A DNA stretch of 64,000 nucleotides, from positions 372,001-436,000 of the forward strand of contig JBHGNT010000018.1 in assembly GCA_043228905.1 (NCBI GenBank), read 5' to 3'. The translations under genes were made by a program, and so were the position numbers. The stretch is from Azolla caroliniana (lineage: Eukaryota > Plantae > Polypodiophyta). The notes beneath the pieces were generated by a model. That model was not told the origin of the DNA. It did no database searches and saw only the letters and a list, made by a program, of their open reading frames with translations. Below are positions 28,204 to 40,781 of the stretch, piece by piece (the first letter of the stretch is position 1; every line of letters starts with the position of its first letter).

Positions 28204-30051
28204 ATGGCTTCCGAGCAAACCTTCATCATGATCAAGCCTGATGGCGTGCAGAGGTGTCGTCTGGCAAGTCATCTGAATGCCTCCTCCTCTACATGGCTTG
28301 CAACTCTTTATGATTCTTTGCCAAAATCTATGTTCCTGCTCAACATTATATGTCCCCCCTCCAGATACGCGTCATTCTACTAAAAATTACAGATGTACCG
28401 TCTTTTCTTCTATGATACTTGCCTTTTCTCTTGAATTCCTCCCTTTAGGTTCAATCCTTTTAAGCTTGTCATGGCTTTTGTATCTGCCAGATCGGACCGA
28501 TTATCCAGAGGTTTGAGCAGAAAGGATTTTACACTCAAAGGTTAGTTTCTTTGCTTATGATTTACACATAACCTTGACTGATGGTTATGTTTCAAGCTAC
28601 ACTTGATGTTTAGTTCAATATTATGGGTTCCTATTGTAATGTTAGTTGTTCTGTTAAATGCCTAATGCTCCATATATGTACTTAATGTAATCCGGTCTCC
28701 TCTACTGGTTAACGTTTATATGGTTTAGAATTTTGACACTAATCTGTACGTTTGGTTTTGCTTTTAGACTTTGAGTCGTAAGTTTTTGACTTGTTTACGC
28801 CCTGTAGCAAAGACCGTATCCCGTGCTATCGCGATGCCTCTAATTCTCTCATACTAAAACTTCCGTTTCAAATAATTAAATTTGTATTCCCAGATTTAAT
28901 TAAGCTTAAAATACTTAAGCTATTTTTTTATTTTTGGATTAACTATCTGTAGACATGTCTAAGGAAGAATGCTGTCTTCTTTTGAATATGAATTTTGCAG
29001 CCCTGAAACTCATTCAGGCTGATAGGTCTTTAGTTGAGAAGCATTATGAATAGCATTCTGGGAAGTCTTTCTATGCTGGTCTTGTGGATTATGTAACCTC
29101 AGGACCAGTCTTTGCTATGGTGTGGGCTGGAAAAGGTGTTGTGCTCACCGGAAGGAAGCTTATCGGGGCCACAAACCCTTCGGAGTCTGATCCTGGCACT
29201 ATCCGAGGAGACATTGGCATTGATACTGGAAGGTAAATACCTAACCAAAGTTTAGTTCTAACGCATGACTGGTAATATATTTTTTGAAGCTGATTGTTAT
29301 ATACGTGTGTGTGAGTTGATGGTAGGTGTAATCATTTGAATAGGACCATATGCTTTAATGTTTGTACTCATGATAGTTAAAAAATCTATATTCTAATCGA
29401 TAATTTGGATATGAATGTTAATATGGAAACCTTAGATGGTTTGATGTTTATATTCAGCAACAGGAAAGTTAATTGTGATTATTTATATAATTCCAATATC
29501 TGGAATTTTAAAATGATTGTGAATGATGTTGAGGCAATCTATTTGTCATGCTACATATAATGTATTTATCCTAACTATATTTTTGTATCAGGGAGACAGA
29601 AAGAGAGGGTCATATTAGGAGACATGCTGGTACAATAAATACCTCAAACTGAAGCTCCCATAAAAAAATAATATGGAAAGAATTCAAGATTGTCTTTTGG
29701 AAGCATTAGAGTTTATTCTGTTGTATTCTAATTAAAAGTTTAGTCTGGAATTGCGAGATAAGTGCTGGAATGATTTATATAAGCATGTAAGAGAGTCTTG
29801 AGAAATAATTGAGGAAGAATGCAAGCATGCCTGGTGTTCGCTTATGTTTTTCCTATTTCATGTTTGTGCGTGAATGGGGAATCTGGCAAATGTGGCCAGC
29901 GTTTTGCTTATGTCCTCCTTGTTTCATTTTTTGCAGAAATATCATTCATGGCAGTGATGCGGTTGAGAGTGCAAAACGGGAGATTGCCGTGTGGTTCCAT
30001 GAGGGTGCCATGGAGTGGCAAAGCAGCTTAGCATCTTGGATTTATGAGTAA
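28204..30051 (+). pseudogene. NDPK1 duplicate pseudogene
   Basis: Same 4-exon layout as copy A. The intron-1 donor changed from GTAAGT to GCAAGT, exon 2 has an extra T (28527-28530), and exon 3 has an in-frame TAG at 29051-29053. Confidence 0.9.
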
Positions 30052-32615
30052 ATAATAACTTTGTATTCTCCGACTAGAATGAGCAAGTTCAACACTCCTT
30101 TCTATGTTGTATTTGAACTGAAATTATTATGTGGCTAATGTGCTCATTTTTTAGAAGAATGATGTTCCTATTGTTTTGGAGTGATGACTTTTGTTTTGCT
30201 TATAATGTTTTACTTTTACAAGGTATGTGATGATAGGGTCAGGGCTCCTTATGTTCTCCTTATATTATTGGCTTTCTCTATATAGAAATATGAAGCTCTC
30301 CTCTTTTCCCTTCAGGATGAGGCTCTCCTCTTTTGTCTTCTATACGGATGCCCTCTGATCAAGTGGTGAACAATCTATTATGCATGAGGATGCTTGTATC
30401 TGTTAAGTGATGAACAATCTAATGGATTATGCATCAGGGACATAGTATTTTGGCTTCACTGAATGAAATGTGAGGCTTCTGCTTTCTGGTCAATGAAGCT
30501 TATGCTCCACTTATGTGATCAAATCTGTCAAAACTCACTTACCAAAGCATATTACAGATATGGCAGCTATCATTTCTGTCTTTATGGAACTGACATTATA
30601 ACATCTGAATTTCGAGTATAGAATTTGTCGAACCTGATAAACTGCAGTTCTCTATATGTGAATCTGATATCGTGCACAGATTGAAGGAGAAAATGAAGGT
30701 ATCACAACAAAAGTCTGGTTATGGCTCCAAAACAAGACGTGCCTAGACAAACCAATAGATACATTGCACAAAATTGTTTGGATGGCAAATTGCAGTACTC
30801 GTGAAAAAAACATATTGGCCCTTGGGATTAAGGAGTAAAGCTGATTTTCCACCAATCAACAGGATCAGTGTAAATGAATTTTTAACTTTCAAGTTCAATA
30901 CTACGTTGGATTGAAATTTAATACACCATCCCATGCACCGCAGCTTAAAACATCCAGCTAATGGTTGAGTTGAATCAAGTATTGGGTCTCAAGGTTTTAT
31001 AACTCAAAAAAATGAATTCTAGCACAATGCATTTGCTACGTTGAATTTTGTCAAAATCCATTTAAAGTAGCATCCTACCACAAATGCATTTGTTCTTTAT
31101 AAGGGAAAATTGAAGTATCGAAACTCAAATAGGATAATATATCTTTGTATTTGCTAGCACATATCACTTGCTCTTTGCATACAAACCACCCTTTCATATT
31201 AGGCAACGGAAGAAGAAACATCTTGTTTTTTTGCCTTATAGTATCCTAGGGAACAAAATGTCACAGTGCAACATTTTTTGGGGGGCGATCATGTTTTATT
31301 GTTACACAAGAGAAACTGCTCAAAAGACTGATGCAATTTCCTCTCAAACCATTCATTGTACAAAAGGGAGAGAGAAGCAAGACTATTTGTTAGAAATATT
31401 GAGAATCGATTAGATATGTATATAGAGTTACAACCACATAGATGGATATATGAAAACAACCACATAGACTTCTATTACATATGAGAGTAGCTCACAATGG
31501 TAGTTCACCCATGTGCTCACACCTTAGAGCTTAGATGGGATCTGGACCAACTCACTACAAAATTAGTGGGAATTGATGATCTATCCAACCACTGTGTAAG
31601 AAAGTGGATTATATTCTATGTTTGGTCTGAGTATAACATTAAATGTCAAGTCGATAGTAGTGGAGTATTCCTTTTCTGTCAACTGACTTGTCATTTAAAA
31701 TGACCCAACTCCCGAGATACAGGCTAGTGCTAGATAGTGTACTTATCTTGAAGTTAATGGCACATACTTCAAGACTAAGTACAACGTAACTTGCCCGACA
31801 AAATATTCTAGTTGACTTGATTAACCAATCCTATTACCTATCTCGCTCTTTCCTAAATCCATTCTGTCCTACGCATCTACGGTTTCCTAGATTAACACCG
31901 TATCGACCCATATGGTCTAGTTGCACATTGGTCGCGCTTCATTTGGGGCGCTATCACAAAATGTACACTCGAAGAGCACATATGGGGATAGACTTACAAC
32001 TTGGGGCTGATGATTGATTATATCTAACACTATTGTCATGTCGTGTTCTTCCACCGAAGAAGTGGAGCTTACAGACAAATGATTTGCTGCAATAATACTT
32101 GTGTGGAAGGGGCTGTTTGCTTTGTGTTCACATACATGATACAACCTTGTGAAAGCTTGAAAGCCCAAAAACAGATTGTTTACAGGGTGTCCAGAACCAT
32201 TGAATCAAACTCGTGTGGATTGAGAAGAGAGAAAACGTAATAGAATTCAGTGGACAAAAAAAACCAGTTTTAACGTCCACAACAAGACAAAAGAAGGTTT
32301 TTAGGTTTTGGGCTGTTCTTCAGCGTCTTCTTTCTTTCCTTGTTTTTTTCAAACCTCACAATATGTGTGTGCAATACACACACTTTGACCAAAAATAAAA
32401 TGATAATTCATTTTATTTTTGCCTATAAGTAGTAGTAGCACTTTCTTAAGCAGAATTCTCCAAACCCTAGCCCTAATATTTTAACACACAATTTGATCTT
32501 GTTTATGCCCGTAATGAGCATAAATCATCCATATAACACTACCATCTTTCTGTCCTTCCTTCCTTCTTGATTTTCGATGTGAACATTGAATTGCTTGACC
32601 TAATTGAATTACAGC

Positions 32616-32900
32616 ATGGACAAGCAAAGTAGGGTGGTGAAAGTCTGTAATTCATCCTTATTCCCAAGGTATGATGACGGTGATGACGATGGGATGAAAT
32701 ATGGAAATGCGAGTTTGAATGGATATGCATGGATTGATGGGCATTTTTATAAGTATCCAGGGTCAGAGAGGTATGAGAGTAGGCAATTCTTTCTAAAAAC
32801 CTATAAATTCAAAAGAGAGGTTAGCTTATCAGATCAATGGAGGGATTCATTCAAGAGATTGAAAGGAAGGTTTCTGCGTTGGTATGGCCGTTTCCTGTAA
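32616..32900 (+). CDS. Small uncharacterised protein (~94 aa) with an RQxFLxxYxF motif and basic C-terminus
   Basis: ORF MDKQSRVV...YESRQFFLKTYKFKRE...FKRLKGRF. Upstream are a TATA-like CCTATAAG (~32422), a telo-box AAACCCTA (32462) and a probable leader intron GTAATG...CTAAT...ACAG (32511-32614). Confidence 0.6.
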   Translation: MDKQSRVVKVCNSSLFPRYDDGDDDGMKYGNASLNGYAWIDGHFYKYPGSERYESRQFFLKTYKFKREVSLSDQWRDSFKRLKGRFLRWYGRFL

Positions 32901-33102
32901 TTACCTTTTGTGGTTCTTTTTCTCGTCATAGTTGTATATATATTTATGTATGTTCCTTGCCTATCCAAGAATATGTAAATTCATGGATTGAATTTGAAGT
33001 TTTTCTGAATAACCATCCACATTAATGAGAGTAACAAGTCAGCTGCAATAATATGTGAGAAATCTTGTACTGATCTTAGCTGCAATATAATATAAGTGAC
33101 AA

Positions 33103-33396
33103 TATGTCCATAACTAAAGTGAATGAGCATGTGTGTGCACATCAGCAAATCCTGCACTGGATTAATACTTATAAGATGATTAGTACTAATTCCACTGTGT
33201 TATGTCCATAAGTAAAGTGAATAAGCATGTGTGTGCACATCAACAAATCCTGCACTGGATTAACACTTATAAGATGATTAGTACCAAGTCCACTATGTTA
33301 TGTCCATAACTAAAGTGAATGAGCATGTGTGTGCACATCAACAAATCCTGCACTGGATTAACATTTATAAGATGATTAGTGCTAATTCCACTGTGT
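33103..33396. repeat. 98-bp tandem repeat x3
   Basis: TATGTCCATAA...GTGTGTGCACATCA...CCACTGTGT starts at 33103, 33201 and 33299. Confidence 0.92.
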
Positions 33397-33745
33397 CAAA
33401 CAGGGAAGAGGTTAAGAAACTGCATCATATACATATACATATGCTCGGCAGAGTTGACACATGGCTAATCATCTCAAATTGTTAACTAAAGCAATGCATT
33501 TCCATGAAGTGAAAAAACCTTCAGCTGACATTAGAGGGTGTAATTTTGAAGTTGTTTGGGCACAATTGTCAAATTTAACATGTTATAACAGGAATTGGTC
33601 TGACATTCTTAACAAAGTGTTATAACACAAATTGGTTGAAGGTCAGATTTCTTATTCAATCAATAATCACAACCTCCCACTTCTAGACTATTAAAAAATG
33701 TACTATATCCCAGTAATTAAGAATAACTCAAGAGATGTCACTAAC

Positions 33746-33905
33746 TAGAGGCTCAATGTACTCCGTTTCAACAATTAGAAGATTGGAGTAATCAGTTTCA
33801 ACCATTAGAATCTCAATGTACTCAGTTTAAACAATTAAAAGCTTGGAGTAATCAATTTCAACCATTAGAAGCTCAATGTACTCAATACCATCAGTTAGAA
33901 GATAT
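33746..33905. repeat. 30-bp minisatellite with alternating A/B units (60-bp higher order), ~5 units
   Basis: TAGA-type starts at 33746, 33776, 33806, 33836, 33866 and 33896. The CTCAATGTACTC and TTGGAGTAATC variants alternate. Confidence 0.85.
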
Positions 33906-34649
33906 AACATTAGAGATAATAATTTGAAGCCCAGTGTACTCAATGCAATAAGGACAGGATATATACAAAGAAGCTTGTTTGCAACATATGTGGTCTGCCA
34001 AATGTTTTAGAACGTAGAAAATTATTTTAATGCAGCCTAATATGAACTAAATCAAATATTTCAACATTATCAATTCCAAATTGTAGTACTTTTGCGTCAT
34101 GTCAATGGTAGGGACGTTTGTTCTTTTAATTAAAACTATATATCATGCACTCATTTCTTTCCCATGGAAATTGTAGCAGTTTTTTCATCTTCATAAAAAT
34201 GATAATGTAATAGTATAACCTGCTGTTATTCATACCACAAAAAAATGTAAGGGTTCAATTTGACAAATCCTCATCCTTTTCAAATGTTTAGGCACTAGTA
34301 TGGATCAAAACATTAAACGCTGCCAGTCTATATCAAGTGGCAAAGATGATCACAACTGAACAGGTAACTGCATAATTCACGGCTGCTCAGAGCCATTCCA
34401 GTTATGTAAAATGATTACCTTACTTGAATTAAAGCAATTGTTCTGATGCAAAAAATACAGCAATCTGATGCCCAATCACATCACAAATTTAAGAGACATT
34501 GGAAACCAGAAACCAGAAACTCACCATTTTCCATGGAAATACCAATAACAATAGCCATTCACAGTTTCAAAATTAGATTTACCCGAGATGATAATCCACT
34601 ACAAAAATCCTCGAGAAATATTCGTGACTCTGTATGTCGAAAAAAAAAC

Positions 34650-37600
34650 TTATACTTTATAACCTCTACTATTACGACGACCACGAGCTTTCTCATACTT
34701 CCGTCCTTTGGATTGCACATATGGTTTAGCATTACTATGTGGTACACCAGGAGCTCTTCCAAAGTGCTTAACTGCTTCTCTGGCATTCTTAGGGCCTCTG
34801 AGTAGAATCTGCAAAAAAACATCATTTCGTATAAATATATAGCACCCATTACATGTAAATCGAACACCACACACTTAAAATGGAATGTAATGCTAAGAAT
34901 AAAGTATGATAATCACAAAAAACCTATAATAAACAAAACTTCATAGATTAATATAGTCAAAGTAAAAGATACTTTGCATAGCATACACATACTGTAAAGA
35001 TACGAATTAGGATACACATAGAATACATGAGTACATAGAATGCGCTAATTAATTTTTATACTTGTATTTGCATCTAACAATTATTTTCTCACTAAAATTT
35101 TATTTTTACTGTTTTCATTTATTTTTTATTTCTAGGAAACATCAAATACTTGTCAAATAAATCGAGCACATTAAATGCGTGGAACATTTAGAGACAGCTG
35201 TTCCAAAACGTAGAATACCTGTTATATACTTCAAAGTTTTCTCAAATGTCTTCTATGCATATAATACAATGCAAAGAGCCTAAGGTACAAACCCTTATAG
35301 AGATTATTGTAATCCACGATATATATGAAAGACAAATGTAGTTCACCGAAGAAATTATCTCATACCATCATAATGAAGTTTAACTATGAACAGGCCTGAG
35401 ACACTAATCCTCATAAAATATTGTAATTGAAGCAAAACATGCAAAACATGTGAAAGCAATTAATGAAGTTCCTCTAAAGAACAACTCTAATCAAATCCTA
35501 AATTGATTACTGTAATCTAAAACTAACGGTAGAACAAATGTTAAGTTCAAGCCAGGTAAAAAATGAAATAGACATAATAAAGTTCCTCTAAAGAACAACT
35601 CTAATCAAGTCCTAAATTTATTAGCATAATCGAAAACTAACGGTAGAACAAATGTTAAGTTCAAGACAGGTAAAAAATGAAATAGACATAATAAAGTTCC
35701 TCTAAAGAACAACTCTAATCAAGTCCTAAATTTATTAGTGTAATCGAAAACTAACTGTAGAACAATTGTTAAGTCCAAGACAGGTAGAAAATCATATAGA
35801 CCTGATGAAATAGATTTGAATACTGCATGAATCAAATACTTACAGAGTACATCTGAAATAAGTAAGATAACCGAGAACACAAATCAATTTTGCAACAAAA
35901 GCAATTAATAAAGTTCCTCCAAAGAGCACCTCTAATAAAATCCTAAATTGATGAGTGTAATCTAAAACTATCTGTACAACAAATGACAAATCCAAGCCAG
36001 GTGAAAAATCAAAGACATGACAGATTTGAATTCTCAATGAATCAGATAGAATGCTAATAAATTGGTAGGTAGAAACATACAGTATTTGATCCTGTTGGTG
36101 CCTTTAATGCAAGTTGATCAAAGGTGAGGCACTCTCCTCCAGCCTTCAGGATTCGTGCCCGGGCAGTCTCAGTGAAACGCAAAGCAGCAACACTAAGTTT
36201 TGGAACTTCATAGAGCCTCACATCATCGGTCACAGTTCCCACTACAACTGCAATTTTATCATCCTGGACACCACCACATCATATAAGAAGATGACAAAAA
36301 TGTACATAATCAAATATAACATTTCGGATGCAAAAACTATATCGAGCTTGTGTAAAGGGTATATGGGAGTCTAGGCAAAATGTATTGTTTTTAAGTATGC
36401 AAATTCCATTAAGTATAGGAGGTTTGGAGGCATCCACGGAGAAAATGGAGCTTTTATTTAAAATGTTGAAGTAAGGTAAGCTAAAGAAATCCTGCTGTCA
36501 TTCTGCACCAATTGTAGATAAAAAATAATCATCATTCATAAACTAAGACGTGAGATCAAATTCATACCTTTTCCTTCATGTAACGTGTAAGACGTGAGAG
36601 CGAGAGAGGCGGTCTATTAGTTCTACTCATAAACAACCTCTTCAGAATGACAGCATTGAATGGGCTGCCTGTCCTCCTCACTAGAAACCTGTAGAGCTGA
36701 AACAAGACAACAACAAAGGGTGCTTAAGAAAGTTGTTGAAAGTATAGCAATCAACAAACTATTTTTTTCGTTAAGAATAGATTGCGAATGTAGAAACCTT
36801 GAAAAGTGCTAAGATCAAAAAATGAGGATTGAAAAATTAATAAATAGAAAGGTCTACCTTAACTACGAGCTTCAGATAGACATTATCACTCTTGGGAGCT
36901 GTACGCTTGGTCTTCTTGTTACGACCACCAGCTGGCAAATCAATACCCTGAAGAAAATATTGTTGATATATTGAAATTGTTAGTTATTTTTAACTAGCAC
37001 ATTATTATTTTGCTGCATAAAACTTAATGGAGTTGCAAGTTTGACTTCTTAAAGAATCAAATAAAAAATGACAGGGAAATTGTTAGATAAACAAACACTA
37101 AATTTCGTCACATCCAAAGACTAAAGTTGCCTGTGCACTGCACCAAACCAATAACTAAAGCTCTGATATGATCATTGTGGCAGCATAAAAATGAGAAACT
37201 TGAGCCAAATGTATTCTTTTGAAATTGAGTATCTGAGAGAAACAACAAATGTTGGGAGGCTAACAGTGCAAACTCACTATGTACTCGAAAAGCTTTTCAG
37301 GAGAGACTCATTATGTACACGAAATACAGTATCTGAGAGTAACAAGAAATGTTGGGAGGCTAGGAATGAAACCAGTCTTGAAGAGTTCCAAGAAAACTAC
37401 CTACGTACACGAAAAGCTTCTCAGGAGAGACTCATCGTAGTAGATTTGTATGGCATCTACGTGATTCGATTGAAATTTGCCATATCTATAGTTTAGCCCT
37501 AACTTACACAATTCATACCACTTGTAGAGAGAAAGATTTCCTTGCATTAATGGAAACATGTCATGAACAATATTTGGTAGGTAACGCTAGTGATCTTGTT

Positions 37601-38361
37601 CAATGTGTTCTACCAGAATCAACAATATGAAACTTCAAATCGAACGCTGAAACTACGATGAGAAATGTGCCTGCAGCAGAAAACAAAACTAAATCTATAC
37701 TGATAGCATTATGACGACATACGAAAAGCAAAAATCCCCAGATAGATATCCATACTTCTCTTTTAGAGCTATCATTCAAGGAGGCAAACATTCTACTAAT
37801 CACTACTCATCTTAACACCCAGAGAAATGCAAGAACTGCAATCTATATATATCTCGCAACCCAAATAAAGGGGGAGAAGATTAGCGAAAAAATGTTATTG
37901 GTAATTTTGGTACCATATAAACAAGAGGAACTCGCATATAGAATCCATATCTCCAAAAAATACATCAAGCACAGAAAACAAATTCACATTGCTCATACAG
38001 AATGAACATCCAGTCTCCTCCTAGAGAATTAAAATCCATATCCCTCATAGAATTAAAATCCATAGGTCCCACATCGACAAAAAGAACGTAGAGTTCATAC
38101 ACAAAAACAGCACACGTTACTCGTATCGAATAATAACCCATATCTCTCATACAGAGTAGAGATCAAGAACTCTCTTTAAGCAAATTAAAGCGTCTCTGCT
38201 ACAAAACAAAAAAAAAACCGTATCGATCACACAGAAAAACAAAAAACATGTCTCTGATACACACAGAGAGAGTTACATCGCTCGAATAGAAAACCCAAGG
38301 GCATGGCTCTCACAATTTCACATAATGTGAGCTTTGAAAGAGAGGGAGAGAATCATACCAT
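34650..38361 (-). CDS. RPL18: 60S ribosomal protein L18 (eL18); exons 38359-38361, 36858-36947, 36568-36696, 36081-36263, 34650-34808; 187 aa
   Basis: Spliced protein [28 protein letters not shown]...[26 protein letters not shown]...[16 protein letters not shown]...RGYKV. The first coding exon is ATG only, and all introns are GT-AG. Confidence 0.97.
35466..36048. repeat. 114-bp tandem repeat (3 close copies and 1 diverged copy) in RPL18 intron 4
   Basis: AAGTTCCTCTAAAGAACAACTCTAATCAA starts at 35466, 35580 and 35694. A diverged copy starts at 35911. Confidence 0.9.
37229..37435. repeat. Imperfect ~100-bp duplication in RPL18 intron 1
   Basis: GTATCTGAGAG..AAATGTTGGGAGGCTA and GAAAAGCTT.TCAGGAGAGACTCAT each occur twice. 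Confidence 0.75.
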
Positions 38362-38480
38362 GGTAGCTGCACAGTGAGATTCGCAGGTTGGGCGCGGTCG
38401 TGCAGGAGCTCGCTGACCTGTGCAGAAAGGAGAGAGGGCAAGGAAGGCTTGACGGTCAGTGAAAGCTTGATCAGTCGAAA

Positions 38481-38489
38481 TTAGGGTTT
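38481..38489 (-). promoter_or_regulatory. Telo-box (AAACCCTAA) in the RPL18 promoter
   Basis: TTAGGGTTT on + lies ~120 bp upstream of the ATG, next to a pyrimidine-rich tract on the minus strand. Telo-boxes are established elements of plant ribosomal-protein promoters. Confidence 0.7.
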
Positions 38490-38582
38490 GATGGTGGGTG
38501 CCATTCACACTCAGAACCTTTTAGACAATTTTACAGAATACCCCTACCACATTACATACATATTTGGGCAATACCCCCCCCT

Positions 38583-38657
38583 ATACATATACATACATAC
38601 ATACATTACCATACATACATTACCATACATACATTACCATACATACATACATACATA
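38583..38657. repeat. Compound (TACA)n/CATTAC microsatellite upstream of RPL18
   Basis: Direct run. Confidence 0.85.
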
Positions 38658-40781
38658 ATTCGATCAATCAGAGGCCCTCCCCGTGACATACATCACCATA
38701 CATTCATTATCGCTTTCGTTTGGCTTCCATGGGATCCGATCCCCTCGGAAGTTCCTCCTCTTGAGCCCTGACTTCTCGAGACTCTCAAGAATCCACTCCT
38801 AAATCACCATCGTGCTTTGAGAACCTTGAATTCGGAAAGCGGGGAGGGCTCATGTATCATCAATATATATGTTGGAAATGTGTCCGTGTTTTTTTCTTCT
38901 TGCCATTCTACTCCCCCCCCACCCCCCCAAATAAATTGCCCCACGCCTCACGCGAATGTACTAAGAGCTACATCTTGATATTGGTTGTCATTGGCACCAA
39001 CCTTGTGTTCGCATGTTGTTCATTGTGAGAGTGAGGAAGGGTAGATGCTCTAGGCTTAAGCAACCGAGAACATATCAAGTTTCTCGATTTTCAAATATCT
39101 CCAAATAGTAGCAATGACTGAAAACTACAATTTTGGGCTTCTACTTCTTCTTTAGATTCAATAACACGCACCCCTACCACTCAGGTTCACCCCATCCTTA
39201 GCATTCCAAATTTGATAGAATTTTGACAAAGAGGAAGTAAGTACTAAAAAAAATTCTGTCATTATTTTGTCACATCTATATTATTTGGGTTTAGGTATCT
39301 CTGCTCTTTATCCTTTCCTCTTTACTTTGTATCTTTGTTGTGCACACATGATATTACCATTAGAGTATTGTGCATGCCCAAGAGGAATCAGGCTCATGTT
39401 CATGTAAACTTTTATATTGCCTTTTTGTGGGAGAGAAGTACCTAAAGTTCAAGTTTTGCAACAACTCTGGGCTCCAATTGAAGTGATGATTGAAAGAAAA
39501 TGCTTCGAGATCAAGTAGCTCAAATGGCAAGAGGTACTCATTTTAGGAAACAAGGAAAAAGATTCCAACATACAAACAACAATAGTGAAGTAGGTAGGAA
39601 ATACAAACAAATTTGTGACCATTTTGCTAACATCAACCACATACATGGATAGGGTTTCCAATGCATTCAAAAAGAAAAATAAACAATGCAAACTAAATGA
39701 GCACCTCTATTTTTTTCTAACACAAGAGCTCCAAAACACTATATAATGAGGAAGAGAACTCATTGTCGTATTGGGAAATTTTAGGAGTCAAGCGCCTAGG
39801 CTTTGACGACAAATGGATATCCCCATTCAATACTTATCTGTATCATTATCTCTCACACCCTTTAATAGAGGGTTCATTATTGTAAAAGACTTATTCTATC
39901 TTATTTGAAATTTTTCCTCATCTCAAATATTAGTTTAAACTACAGAAATTACACCTACTTACTGTTTTAATCCATACATATGTCAAAAGATTTTGTGAAT
40001 CATGTTATATTTGCACTAGTTTGTGCAAAAAATGAGGAACGTCGATAATTTTTTAGCTCCATTACCAAGCCAATCCATGTGAGTATTGTCGTGAAACTTT
40101 CAACTCAAAACTTCAAGCACCATAATGGAATTCACATTAAAAAGAAGAAAATTCACAAGCTATGGAATAACTTGAATTGGCACCTTTGGATTTGGTAAAA
40201 TATGACACCCTTGTGCTTGGGCCACACTTGTATTTAGAAAGGAAAAAATTAGCATGAAAAAAAGTTATGTGAAAAACTACCTCAATTCCATAGTTTGGAC
40301 CTAAGGGCCTCATAATTGTCTCGAGGTCCAAATTTCAAACATAGGGACCTCCAATCATCCTTGTGTCTTTCATTTGGACATAGATCCCCCTTTCCCCCCA
40401 TTTCATCTCGAGGTCCTTCATTCAAAGTTCTAACATAGAGCATTCACCTTCACCCCTAGATAAGGCCGAATTAGTGTGGGGAAGGGTGTGAAAGAAAGAA
40501 GAAGAAGAAGATAAACAAAAGAGAAGAGAAGAGGGAGGAGTGAGGGGCACTTATATATTGCTCATTGAATAATGATTGGGAAGACAGGAGCATCTCATTG
40601 GTTGCTCTTCCAATGATGCAACAATTGTCACTATTTCTACAGGCCAACATCCACACCCAATGTCGAACCTACAACTTCACGTTGTTGAGTCTAGGGTCAG
40701 TAACGTGAGCCTAGGCACCACGTTGACATGTGCCCGTTTACACCTTTCTACAACTATTTTCTCCCCCTATAAACTTGCCCA

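Larger units (their letters stand above)
21731..30955. repeat. Tandem segmental duplication: copy A ~21731-26355, copy B ~27193-30955
   Basis: Colinear similarity runs from CCGCATTACATCTTT through the promoter, NDPK exons and introns to AATTTAATACACCATCC..GCACC. Copy A has ~0.9 kb (~22500-23410) absent from B. Confidence 0.93.

Noticed and set aside
33746-33905. CRISPR-like array (30-bp periodic GTTTCAA-containing units)
   Set aside because: The units are contiguous with no unique spacers, there are no cas genes, and the context is eukaryotic. It is a minisatellite.
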